DNA of 57,342 bases, filler included, from an uncultured virus (IMG/VR IMGVR_UViG_2049941000_000905) (30 parts of one record of this genome joined end to end with filler, not necessarily neighbours in it), one strand, 5' to 3'; shown: positions 1 through 9,452, counted from the whole stretch's first letter. Translations and numbers: made by a program. Notes: generated by a model not told the origin, from the sequence alone.

Positions 1-294
1 ATGAAAATGAGTTTCATAGATTTTGATAAACAACTGAGACGCGGAGACTGGAAGGGCCACACGTACTTTTACGAAACGGACAGCCAGAAAGATGCTAAAG
101 GACTGACCGTTCGTCTTCGACTTGATGACGTGGCTCTCATGTTTTCCCCGAACTGTATGACCTTCAAAGGGAACGGAGGCTCGCTTTCAATATACGGAGT
201 TCGCAGTATCGACTGTGAACAGGCGTCAGCGTCTTGCGCTATGCTGACGATACATACAGACAAGAGCGTTCCGGTTTATATCTACGTCCGATGA
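1..294 (+). CDS. hypothetical protein (97 aa)
   Basis: Complete ORF with plausible composition; no motif recognised. Confidence 0.45.
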   Translation: MKMSFIDFDKQLRRGDWKGHTYFYETDSQKDAKGLTVRLRLDDVALMFSPNCMTFKGNGGSLSIYGVRSIDCEQASASCAMLTIHTDKSVPVYIYVR

Positions 295-439
295 TGACCG
301 CAAAACAGACTACACCCGTTCTTTACACCGCCCATTCCGNNNNNNNNNNNNNNNNNNNNNNNNNNNNNNNNNNNNNNNNNNNNTTAATTAATTAANNNNN
401 NNNNNNNNNNNNNNNNNNNNNNNNNNNNNNNNNNNNNNN

Positions 440-802
440 CGTGTGATAGGTGAAAATGATCGGGGCATTAGTGTCTTCCCGCAGAATACGGGCTATGATC
501 GTCGCCGTGGCCGGGCAGTGGGAATGGAGGATATCGGGAGCAAAGGCCGCCAGTTCTGCCGCCGCTTCCGAAGAAAACGGATTTCCCGCCCTGTACCCGC
601 TCGCAAAAGCGGTCGTATCGAAGCTCTGATAGGGTACAACTTTGTACGGGTAAGCGCTGTAATCGGCCCCCGGATATTGGGGGGTTCCCACGATCACTTC
701 CGCGCCGTGATCCCTGATCAAATGCTCGGCGTAATTCATCACGACATTGACAACGCCGTCGATGACCGGAGCGAACGAGTCGTTCAGTAAGCAAACCTTC
801 AT
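440..802 (-). CDS. glycosyltransferase family 4 (GT-B), N-terminal part, truncated by gap
   Basis: MKVCLLNDSFAPVIDGV...PDILHSHCP...IIFTYHT motifs typical of GT4 N-domain. Confidence 0.85.
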
Positions 803-934
803 GAGTCAGTCTCCTGAAAAAGATGATTCTGCCATGGAAAAAGCCCTCGCACAAGACGGGCAAGGACTGCTGTCGCATAGGCAAAGAAAAAAGATCGGAA
901 CCTGAACCTGTGGGCATAAACCCTGTCCGAAAAG

Positions 935-964
935 ATTATACCACACTCCGGGAAGGAATGTCAA
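935..964 (-). promoter_or_regulatory. sigma-A promoter for the glycosyltransferase leader
   Basis: Minus strand TTGACA (964-959), 18 bp, TG-g-TATAAT (940-935). Confidence 0.6.
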
Positions 965-1019
965 GCAGCGGGGAAAGCTCCTTATGTGACGGTTTTTTCA
1001 CATACTTTTCACGCAGTTT

Positions 1020-1046
1020 TTAGCACTCACCCCTTGACAGTGCTAA
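1020..1046. promoter_or_regulatory. CIRCE element (HrcA operator)
   Basis: TTAGCACTC-N9-CAGTGCTAA, one mismatch to the TTAGCACTC-N9-GAGTGCTAA consensus; overlaps a -35 box. Confidence 0.85.
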
Positions 1047-1062
1047 CCAACCGTGCTATAAT
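1034..1062 (+). promoter_or_regulatory. consensus sigma-A promoter with extended -10
   Basis: TTGACA 1034-1039, 17 bp, TGcTATAAT with -10 at 1057-1062. Confidence 0.85.
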
Positions 1063-1226
1063 AGGTCACGAACAAAGGAACAGAGAGAGGTTCCCCGGCA
1101 GCCCGCATAGATTGCGGACGGTCCGCAGCCTCAAGCCCTCCTTCCCTTGCGGATAACCCCGTCCGTTCCGGATCTCCCGCATCAAAGGGAGTAGGAACCA
1201 CGCGGGAAAGCAAGGAGGTCTGACCT

Positions 1227-1252
1227 ATGTTACCGAGCATTTGGAGAGACAA
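1227..1252 (+). CDS. start of probable Hsp20/alpha-crystallin small heat-shock protein (truncated by gap)
   Basis: AAGGAGG RBS at 1212-1218, ATG 1227, MLPSIWRD resembles clostridial Hsp20 N-termini; lies under CIRCE control; only 8 codons visible. Confidence 0.4.
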
Positions 1253-1262
1253 NNNNNNNNNN

Positions 1263-1949
1263 TTTATGCCATAGGGAGCGGTTTGATCGAGGTCCTGTGC
1301 AGTCCCATCATAGAGGCATGCCCGTTTGAGAACAAGGCGGGGATGATGAGCTTTCTGCACTCCTTTTATTCCTGGGGAGCCGTGGGTACGATCCTCGGTT
1401 CCACGCTGTTCTTTGCGGTTTTCGGAACGGAACACTGGCGCGTCCTCGCCTGTCTGTGGTCGGTCATTCCGCTGTACAACATCGTCAATTTCGCGCTCTG
1501 TCCCATCGATCCCATCGTAAAGGAAGGCGACGGCATGACGATCGGACAGCTGATGAAAACGAAGGTCTTCTGGCTGTTCATCGTTCTGATGGTATGCGCG
1601 GGAGCGTCCGAGATGTCCATGGCGCAGTGGGCATCCGCGTTTGCGGAGTCCTCTCTGGGCGTGAGTAAAACGGTGGGGGATCTGCTCGGGCCCTGCGGTT
1701 TTGCCGTCTTCATGGGAATCAGCAGAGTCTGGTACGGCCGATATGGGGAGAAAGTGAGATTATCGGGTTTCATGATCGCCTCCGGCATTCTCTGCCTGAT
1801 CAGCTATGTTTTGGCTGCCCTCTCCGTGTGGCCGGTCATGGGACTCATCGGGTGCATGCTGTGCGGTTTTTCGGTGGGGATCATGTGGCCCGGTTCTCTC
1901 AGCATCTCCTCCGCCAGACTGCCGAAGGGAGGAACCGCCCTGTTCGCTT
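1263..1949 (+). CDS. MFS transporter, internal fragment
   Basis: Multiple TM helices; GSGLIEVLCSP, LHSFYSWG, GASEMSMAQWAS motifs. Confidence 0.85.
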
Positions 1950-2049
1950 NNNNNNNNNNNNNNNNNNNNNNNNNNNNNNNNNNNNNNNNNNNNTTAATTA
2001 ATTAANNNNNNNNNNNNNNNNNNNNNNNNNNNNNNNNNNNNNNNNNNNN

Positions 2050-2472
2050 TTCGTCCACGATCTCCGGTTCCATATCAAAGACCGTGAAGATCTTTTCCGC
2101 AGACGCCATCGCCGACTGGAGCCAGTTGAACTGCTCCGCCAGGGACTGGATCGGGTTAAAGAACTTGGAAATGTACATGTAGAAAGACACCAGCACGCCG
2201 GAGGTAATCGTCTGCCCGAGGAACGAGGTCTCTTTGATATATCCGCGCCCGCCGAGATAGAGCAGGCAGAGGACCGAGGCTACGTAAAGCATGTACACGA
2301 CGGGGCGGAAGACGGCGAAGGTCAGGATCTGCGCCCGCTTTGCTCGTCCGAGGAAGCGGTTTTTCTCATCGAACTGCGCTTTCTTTTCCGCCTCCCGGTT
2401 GAAGATCTGGATGATCTTCATGCCGGACAGGTGTTCGGACAGGAAGGTGTTGATGTCGGTGGTACCGTCCTT
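2050..2472 (-). CDS. ABC exporter (fused permease/ATPase), transmembrane-domain fragment
   Basis: E-LSGMKIIQIFNRE, ITSGVLVSF, FFNPI, QSAMASAEKIF typical of ABC_membrane domain. Confidence 0.85.
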
Positions 2473-2554
2473 NNNNNNNNNNGCCATTTCTCCTTTCCGG
2501 GCAGGAACGTGTCATCCATAAGCGAGCAGATTTCCAAGCGCAACGGTAGAATAT

Positions 2555-2926
2555 TCACCGCTGCCGGAAGACCCGTACTTCATACGGTCGGAAAGCGGCA
2601 TGTGCTTCCGGCCCGGGATAATTGCACAGAACAAGTTCCGCTTTTTCAGAATCAAAGTGCTTCGGCAGTTTGATCCCGCACTCACGATCAGAAAACGAAC
2701 AGACCACCAGAACCCGTTCATCCTGAGTATATCGCTCATACATATAGAATTTGTCGTTCCAAGGGGCATATTCCCGGTAAGTGCCGGACAGTATGGCTCG
2801 GCTGTTTTTACGCAAAGCAAGACAACGTCGGTAGAAGTTCAGGATGCTGTCCGGATCCTCCTCTTCCCGTTCCACATTGACCTCCGGATAGTTCGGATTC
2901 ACGACGAACCACGGCTCCGCCTCCGA
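2555..2926 (-). CDS. GH13 alpha-glucosidase/oligo-1,6-glucosidase, C-terminal fragment
   Basis: PWFVVNPNYPEVNVE..DPDSILNFYR..LRPYE-like C-terminus. Confidence 0.85.
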   Translation of the reverse strand, partial: SEAEPWFVVNPNYPEVNVEREEEDPDSILNFYRRCLALRKNSRAILSGTYREYAPWNDKFYMYERYTQDERVLVVCSFSDRECGIKLPKHFDSEKAELVLCNYPGPEAHAAFRPYEVRVFRQR

Positions 2927-2936
2927 NNNNNNNNNN

Positions 2937-3086
2937 ATAAGCGCCGGAAAGCAGGGTCCGGCTGCTTTTGCGCAAAGCCAAGCACTTCCGGTAGAAATTC
3001 AGGATGCTGTCCGGATCCTCCTCTTCCCGTTCCACGTTGACCTCCGGATAGTTCGGATTCACGACGAACCACGGCTCCGCCTCCGA
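2937..3086 (-). CDS. allelic variant fragment of the same GH13 gene
   Basis: Near-identical to 2777-2926 with scattered substitutions. Confidence 0.75.
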
Positions 3087-3186
3087 NNNNNNNNNNNNNN
3101 NNNNNNNNNNNNNNNNNNNNNNNNNNNNNNTTAATTAATTAANNNNNNNNNNNNNNNNNNNNNNNNNNNNNNNNNNNNNNNNNNNN

Positions 3187-4743
3187 GTCCTCGCGCACAG
3201 GATAACGGCTCAGGATCCCACGGTCCAGTCTTCAGACACACAGACCGCACAGAAGGTATCTTCCGGCGCGCCCATCGTCATCTATAAGGCAGCGGATACG
3301 GCAAGCACCGCCTCCAATGCAGAATCCACGGCTTCCCCCGCCGGCGATATGGACTATGCGCAGGTCGCCGCGATCGTAAAGGATTCCGTCGTGGAGATCA
3401 ATACCGAATACAAGACGGAAAATATCTGGTTCCAGTACACCACCGGCGGCGCAGGGTCCGGCGTCATCCTCACGGAGGACGGATATATCATCACCAACGC
3501 ACACGTCATTCTGGACAACGAACAGCAGAATGTGGCGGACACCGTCACCGTACGCCTTACCGACGGGACGGAATATCCCGCCGAGGTAAAAGCCTACGAT
3601 ACGGACGAGGATATCGCCATCGTCAAGATCGATGCGAAAGGGCTCAAGGCCGTCAAATGCGGAGACAGCGACAAACTGGTCGTCGGACAGAGGCTTGTGA
3701 TCGTCGGCAATCCGCTCGGCGAACTGGGCGGCACCGTGACCAACGGCATCGTTTCCGCTACGGAGCGGGAGATCCAGGTCGGCGGCGTGACCATGCATCT
3801 GATCCAGACCAACGCAGCTGTCAACCCCGGCAATTCCGGCGGCGGCATGTTCAATATGCGCGGCGAACTGATCGGCATCGTCAACTCAAAGTCTTTCGGC
3901 ACCGGTATTGAGGGACTTGGTTTCGCCATCCCGGTCAACAAAGCCATCTCCGTTTCCGAGGAGCTCATGACAAAGGGATATGTTTCCGGCAAACCCATGA
4001 TCGGCGTATCGTTTGAAGATGTTACCAATGACGCAAGCAGTTTCTTCTTCTTCGGCAGCACAACATCCAATGTTAAACCTGGCGTCTATGTCAGCAGCCT
4101 GGTTGAAGGCATGAACGACAAGGTGCTGAAGGAGGGTGACCGCATAATTGCTGTCAACGGCGAGGAGATCGGCTCTTCGGAAGATATCAAGGCGGCGGTG
4201 TCCGCGGCATCCATAGGAGACAAACTGACGTTCCAGCTTTACCGTGATGGGAAGTTGATGGAAGTAAAGGTCTCCGTTTATGAACGCACACCGGAAATTA
4301 TGGCTGCTGCCTCCTCCGATACCGAAGAAAAGAAGTCTGATCCCGATGAAGGAAAGAACCTGACAACCAAACCGGCAATCGGTGTTTCCATGCAGGAAGT
4401 CAACAACGGTTTCGCAAAGGAAGGCGTATATGTCACAGCTCTTGAAGAAGGCATGAACGACAAGGTCCTTCAGGTAGGCGACCGCATCGTAGCTGTAAAC
4501 GGTGATGAAATCAACTCCGTCTCCGATGTGAAATCCATTGTGGAAAACGCAAAAATCGGCGACAAGCTGAATTTCCAGGTCTCCCGCGAAGGAAAGTTGA
4601 TTTCAGTTGAAGTTACGGTTTTTGAAAAGGCTGTCGACGCAGAGGAGGATGCCCCTGCAAAAGAGGAGGAGACACCTTCGGAATCTGACGGCTTCTCCGG
4701 ATTTGGTGACTTATCTAAGTTCTTCGAACGGTTCTTCGGCTGA
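3187..4743 (+). CDS. htrA: HtrA/DegP-family serine protease with two PDZ domains (5' end missing)
   Basis: GSGVI, TNAHV, DIAIVKI, IQTNAAVNPGNSGG catalytic motifs followed by two related PDZ repeats. Confidence 0.92.
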   Translation, partial: VLAHRITAQDPTVQSSDTQTAQKVSSGAPIVIYKAADTASTASNAESTASPAGDMDYAQVAAIVKDSVVEINTEYKTENIWFQYTTGGAGSGVILTEDGYIITNAHVILDNEQQNVADTVTVRLTDGTEYPAEVKAYDTDEDIAIVKIDAKGLKAVKCGDSDKLVVGQRLVIVGNPLGELGGTVTNGIVSATEREIQVGGVTMHLIQTNAAVNPGNSGGGMFNMRGELIGIVNSKSFGTGIEGLGFAIPVNKAISVSEELMTKGYVSGKPMIGVSFEDVTNDASSFFFFGSTTSNVKPGVYVSSLVEGMNDKVLKEGDRIIAVNGEEIGSSEDIKAAVSAASIGDKLTFQLYRDGKLMEVKVSVYERTPEIMAAASSDTEEKKSDPDEGKNLTTKPAIGVSMQEVNNGFAKEGVYVTALEEGMNDKVLQVGDRIVAVNGDEINSVSDVKSIVENAKIGDKLNFQVSREGKLISVEVTVFEKAVDAEEDAPAKEEETPSESDGFSGFGDLSKFFERFFG

Positions 4744-4794
4744 AAACATTGATATCGTCCCCGAACACATGACTGACTGACAAGATATGCACTT

Positions 4795-4838
4795 CGCCCC
4801 GATGGTACAGAACATCGGGGCGTTTACTTTTTATTTTT
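4795..4838 (+). terminator. intrinsic terminator after htrA
   Basis: CGCCCCGATG-loop-CATCGGGGCG followed by T-rich tail. Confidence 0.8.
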
Positions 4839-5146
4839 GCAACTTTCCGTCGTCACCTGCACGCTCTTGAACCGCTCCTACGCAAAGGACAAGAGGTTCA
4901 CCCTGCGCGACTGCGGCGAGATCCTGTCCGCGGTTCTGTACCGTTCGGAGGATGTGGTGCCGACTTCCGTGTTTGAAAAGACGGNNNNNNNNNNNNNNNN
5001 NNNNNNNNNNNNNNNNNNNNNNNNNNNNTTAATTAATTAANNNNNNNNNNNNNNNNNNNNNNNNNNNNNNNNNNNNNNNNNNNNCAGTCTCATCTGCTCT
5101 CGATAGTAAATGAGAGTGGATGACACAAAAATCAGGAGGGGACAAC

Positions 5147-5473
5147 ATGAATCAGGAAATGACAGAGCGGATCGCAGAGACCAAGGAACTCGTAAACGCC
5201 GCAGAGTGGAGGGAGAAAATCCTAGCCTGTCAGGAAAGCGGGAAGCCCGTAGCGGCATGGTGTGAAGAGAACGGAATATCTCCGTCCACGTATTACCGAA
5301 AACTGCGCATGATGCGGGAAGATATTCTGAGCGGAGAGCAGCAGATCGTACCGATCAAACCGAGAGTCCCGCACGGGATCAGAAGCACAGCGGGAGAGAT
5401 CAGTATAGCCATGCCGGAGAATGCAGATCCGGATCAGTTGGCAGCGATCGTAGGAGCGTTGAAGTCATGCTGA
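5147..5473 (+). CDS. tnpA: IS66 accessory protein TnpA
   Basis: W..I..CQESG..V..WCEENGIS.STYY HTH motif; ATGCTGA overlap with tnpB. Confidence 0.85.
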   Translation: MNQEMTERIAETKELVNAAEWREKILACQESGKPVAAWCEENGISPSTYYRKLRMMREDILSGEQQIVPIKPRVPHGIRSTAGEISIAMPENADPDQLAAIVGALKSC

Positions 5474-5854
5474 GCGATCTGCTTGCTATGAGCCAGCCAT
5501 ACCTTGTGACGGGCTATACGGACCTGCTGCTCGGGATCATTATCTCAGCAAGGTAAGAGAATACATGACGTTCAACAGGAAGAAACCCTTCGATGAAGCC
5601 GGGATAAAGATACCCTGCAAGCTAATGGACATACACATAAAACAAAACTGAATTTCGAAGTTATTCAACAGNNNNNNNNNNGGGACGGGTTCCTCCTGCT
5701 GTATAAACGTCTTGACAACGGCGTATTCCGATGGCCGAGGACGGAAACAGAGGCGCTGCTGTTGACGGAACAGCAGGTCCGGTGGCTGACGGAAGGGCTT
5801 GAAATCGAACAGCCGAAAGCCATCAAGCCCGGGAAACCGGGGCTGTTCTATTGA
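5467..5854 (+). pseudogene. tnpB: IS66 TnpB, interrupted by unrelated sequence and a gap
   Basis: YLVTGYTDL N-terminus at 5467-5540; GDGFLLLYKRLDNGVFRWP C-terminus at 5682-5854. Confidence 0.8.
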
Positions 5855-5955
5855 ATTTACAGGGTGTTTCCCGTATGTTTTCCCAGTATCCATTGAATTC
5901 CTTTCTGCATTCTGGTATGCTGACAGCAACAGAACGCGGGGAGGAATTATGCTTC

Positions 5956-6567
5956 ATGAAGATCAAAATCACACCTGAGCAATATTTCTCCCTTCAGAGA
6001 GAAAACGCCGTATTAAAGGCCCAACTTGCAGCGGTGCAGGATGACATGGCGGAGATGCGGTCTCAGCTGAACTGGCTGAAGAATCAGCTGTTCGGGCAGA
6101 AGAGCGAGAAAACGGAATATGTTCTTCCCGTCAGCGAACAGATTCACCTGTTTGAGAACACCGCTCCTCTGACGGAACCGGAAACCGTTACGGTTAAGGA
6201 ACATACCAAACGAGCAAAACGGACGCATGATGAAATCTTTGCGGACATGCCTCGGGACATCGTGGACATACCCGCCGAAAAGACCTGCGAGCAGTGCGGC
6301 GCAGAGATGGAACACGTCAGCTGGGAACAGGCGCGGTATGAACTGACCATGACCCCGGCACAGTACAAGCTGACGGAATATCGGGAAGAGGTCGTCAAAT
6401 GCCCGCGGTGCGGAGTGGAAAAAGAAAAGAATGACGATCTTTCCATCGCAAAGTCGGTGTTTCACAGAGGAAAGGCTCCCGCCGCGTTCATGCCTGGCAG
6501 CTACTGCACCGCATCTCTTCTGGCCTATATCGTGAACGAAAAGTTCGGAAAGGCCGTTCCGCTGTAA
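5956..6567 (+). pseudogene. tnpC: IS66 transposase TnpC, truncated
   Basis: Leucine zipper plus LFGQKSEK, CxxC zinc ribbon, stop right after KF.KAVPL, before the DDE core. Confidence 0.85.
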
Positions 6568-6820
6568 CATCGTAACCGAGCCTCAGAGAAAGGATATCAC
6601 GGGATGAAAAAAGATAAGCCGCCGAGAGGNNNNNNNNNNNNNNNNNNNNNNNNNNNNNNNNNNNNNNNNNNNNTTAATTAATTAANNNNNNNNNNNNNNN
6701 NNNNNNNNNNNNNNNNNNNNNNNNNNNNNGGAGTGCGCTGAGTTCAGCGAAAACCGCTATCAATACTGGGGTCCGGGTTGGATCCTGCAAGGGTTTCACA
6801 ACTCCCCAATCGGTGCCAGA

Positions 6821-7111
6821 TTGTGGATAGAGTGGCCGGAAAACGACGCGGTCAAAGCACTCCTGTATTCCAAGCGTGGCAAGATCCCACCCTTTTCCAC
6901 CGGACTTGAACCGTATATCAACATCATTCCGTATTCATTCGCCGACTGGAATATCGATAATGGCGTTCGGTGGTATCGCAGGATCGAAGATAACCTTCGG
7001 AGAGCCGGGGCGGACGTCACGATGTACTTTGAGACGCCACACAACACTTATGACTTCGGCGGCGGTCCGTATTTCGTAAACAATGAATTTCGTGTCACCC
7101 GCTGGGACTAA
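6821..7111 (+). CDS. hypothetical protein or gene fragment
   Basis: 96-aa ORF, TTG start, no clear RBS. Confidence 0.35.
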   Translation: MWIEWPENDAVKALLYSKRGKIPPFSTGLEPYINIIPYSFADWNIDNGVRWYRRIEDNLRRAGADVTMYFETPHNTYDFGGGPYFVNNEFRVTRWD

Positions 7112-7373
7112 TCCTGACTTTACGAATTCAGAAATAATTACAGAGAATCATTAATCTACTTCATTGCCATTTTCGAAGAGAACAGCCGCCCGGTGTTAAT
7201 CGAGCGGATGTAGTACTGTTTGACTGTTTATTCTTCGCCACGTTTTCGAGGAGCGTGTAGACCGCTTTCGCGATCTAGGTTCTCGATGCAGGGGACTGCT
7301 TCGCGAGTTCGCACACCGTTTCACGTCCGTTCATGGAAAGCCTCCTCGGGAGAGTGTAGTGATGTGAATCAAA

Positions 7374-7735
7374 TCAGTTTTTAATCTGCTCAAACTCAAC
7401 AAGAGAAGTCAGAAAGAGGTTTTTGAAGTTGCTAACCTTGAATTCAATCGTCAAAGGTTTATAATCTGCGGCAAAATGATTATTGATCGTTACGATAACA
7501 AGAGAGTCAGGGCTCCATTTTTGCTTTTCAGCTTTTTTGCTTGTGAGTGTGACAAAATATTTATCGAAATCTCCGCCGGAACGATCGACTTTTTTTACGT
7601 TCCAATCATCATGTGTATATGTAGTATTGCCTTCATTAACTCTAACGATTACTTCTGAATTTTCAGATAAAATGAAAGCTGGAACCGTAAGTTCTGATTT
7701 ATCAAAAGAGGCATCAAAAGTAAGAGTTTTTTCTT
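7374..7735 (-). CDS. hypothetical protein, C-terminal fragment, low GC
   Basis: Open frame up to the gap; beta-rich; AT-rich relative to neighbours. Confidence 0.5.
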
Positions 7736-7760
7736 NNNNNNNNNNTGTCCGTCCCAACCC

Positions 7761-8717
7761 GTTTGAGAGCAGTGCGATTTCATAGGGGTCTCAAACCCGA
7801 AACAGGTCTTGTTTGCACCGCAGGTCGTTTGAGAGCAGTGCGATTTCATAGGGGTCTCAAACCAGTTCGTCCGGCAACACGACGTACTACTAGTTTGAGA
7901 GCAGTGCGATTTCATAGGGGTCTCAAACTTAGAAATCGACTGGAACGAGCCGAAGATGTTTGAGAGCAGTGCGATTTCATAGGGGTCTCAAACTACCTAC
8001 ACCGTATTCCCAATCTTCAACCCGTTTGAGAGCAGTGCGATTTCATAGGGGTCTCTAACGTCTAAGATTCCAGACACGCCACACAGATCGTTTGAGAGCA
8101 GTGCGATTTCATAGGGGTCTCAAACTTCGACGTGACGTTCCGCGAGGTGACAGTGTTTGAGAGCAGTGCGATTTCATAGGGGTCTCAAACTAAGGGAAGA
8201 GCCGCCGGACAGGCTCAACCGTTTGAGAGCAGTGCGATTTCATAGGGGTCTCAAACTTTCGCCGGTCTGCGCCTTGTAGTCCTTCTGTTTGAGAGCAGTG
8301 CGATTTCATAGGGGTCTCAAACCTGTGCCATTGTAGCGCATATCGATGATGTGTTTGAGAGCAGTGCGATTTCATAGGGGTCTCAAACTGCGGTCCGTAA
8401 GGCCAACGATGTGATCCCGTTTGAGAGCAGTGCGATTTCATAGGGGTCTCAAACAGAAAAGGAGATCGGAATGGCAGTCACAAGTTTGAGAGCAGTGCGA
8501 TTTCATAGGGGTCTCAAACGAGCGAAAGGGTGATTGTCTTAGCCATCGCGTTTGAGAGCAGTGCGATTTCATAGGGGTCTCAAACTCGTCTCGGCCTGAA
8601 CTACACCACGCAGGGGTTTGAGAGCAGTGCGATTTCATAGGGGTCTCAAACCACGGTTCATTCTATCAGGACTTGTTTTCAGTTTGAGAGCAGTGCGATT
8701 TTGAAGGTCTTGAAATA
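7761..8717 (+). CRISPR. CRISPR array, type II-like: 15 repeats (14 full plus degenerate terminal), 14 complete spacers of 29-30 nt
   Basis: Repeat GTTTGAGAGCAGTGCGATTTCATAGGGGTCTCAAAC (36 nt) at 7761, 7827, 7893, 7958, 8024 (one A>T variant), 8090, 8155, 8221, 8287, 8353, 8419, 8484, 8550, 8616; degenerate copy at 8682 marks the trailer; leader side lost in gap. Confidence 0.98.
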
Positions 8718-8969
8718 ATGGCCTACGGTAATCTGTTCACTATACCGGACGGAGGATATGCTACAAACAGAAAGTTTGTTGCAGAGTTTTTGCAAATTGT
8801 GTCAGGGGCATTCCAATAGACATGGCTTGCCGACCATCGGAACAGCCACAATAAGACAAAACGCTTCGCNNNNNNNNNNNNNNNNNNNNNNNNNNNNNNN
8901 NNNNNNNNNNNNNTTAATTAATTAANNNNNNNNNNNNNNNNNNNNNNNNNNNNNNNNNNNNNNNNNNNN

Positions 8970-9452
8970 ACCGTGCGTAACGCACAGAACGTAGGTGGGG
9001 TGTGTCTCTCCCTTTGAGCGCGGAGGACCGAATTGTACCTTCACGAACGCCATGTTCTCACGGCATCTATCCTCGATGTCCAGCTTCGCGCAGATGTCGT
9101 AGATGATGCAGTCATCCACATCGCGGGAAGATCGAGCTTCGTGGTTCCCCGACACCGCACAGAGGATGCGGTCTTTTAAGGGGGTAAGCATCTCCACCAT
9201 AAGTTTCTTCTGCTCACGAGGACGGAGGATTTCATCATACACATTAGATACAGAGGATTTGACAGCATTGTTTACTAAGTCACCCCCAAGCGTAATGTAT
9301 GCGTTCTCTTCGTTCAAAATCATCGTCCGAAATTCGCGCCATGCCGCTTCCATATGTTCTGCCGCGCCGAGGTGGATGTCCGCTATGGGATAGATTGTCA
9401 GGTCGTGTCGGTCCTCAAAGCGGTGCTGAATTAAAGTGAAGTCATTTAACAC
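8970..9452 (-). CDS. calcineurin-like metallophosphoesterase (phage), truncated
   Basis: ADIHLG, LGGDLVNN, VSGNHE, THG motifs. Confidence 0.88.

Larger units (their letters stand above)
5085..6629 (+). mobile_element. IS66-family element, degraded
   Basis: tnpA-tnpB-tnpC order; terminal IRs not visible. Confidence 0.85.

Noticed and set aside
340..439. Recurring TTAATTAATTAA palindrome
   Set aside because: Artificial contig linker embedded in Ns, with stops in all frames
2777..3086. Near-duplicate segments as possible DGR TR/VR pair or tandem duplication
   Set aside because: Differences are not adenine-specific and the copies are separated by N joins; the same pattern at 34850-35090, 38925-39185, 34003-34184 and 47654-47882 indicates allelic bubbles
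6730..6820. tRNA-like 3' end (..ACTCCCCAATCGGTGCCA)
   Set aside because: No TTC T-loop or cloverleaf; at most an att remnant
7761..7796. Type VI-D assignment because the repeat ends in AGGGGTCTCAAAC
   Set aside because: The GTTTGAGAG start and terminal inverted ends fit type II better; not formally excluded without the cas genes
8323..8352. Spacer 9 similarity to about 11556-11566 (TGTGCCATTGT)
   Set aside because: Only about 11 nt, expected by chance; no convincing in-window targets were seen by eye for spacers 1, 2, 4-11 and 14
7649..8638. ORFs with MKSHCSQT / RAVRFHRGLK repeats
   Set aside because: Translations of the CRISPR repeat
8718..8869. Possible tracrRNA or leader after the array
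   Set aside because: No anti-repeat complementarity found; it lies on the degenerate-repeat (trailer) side
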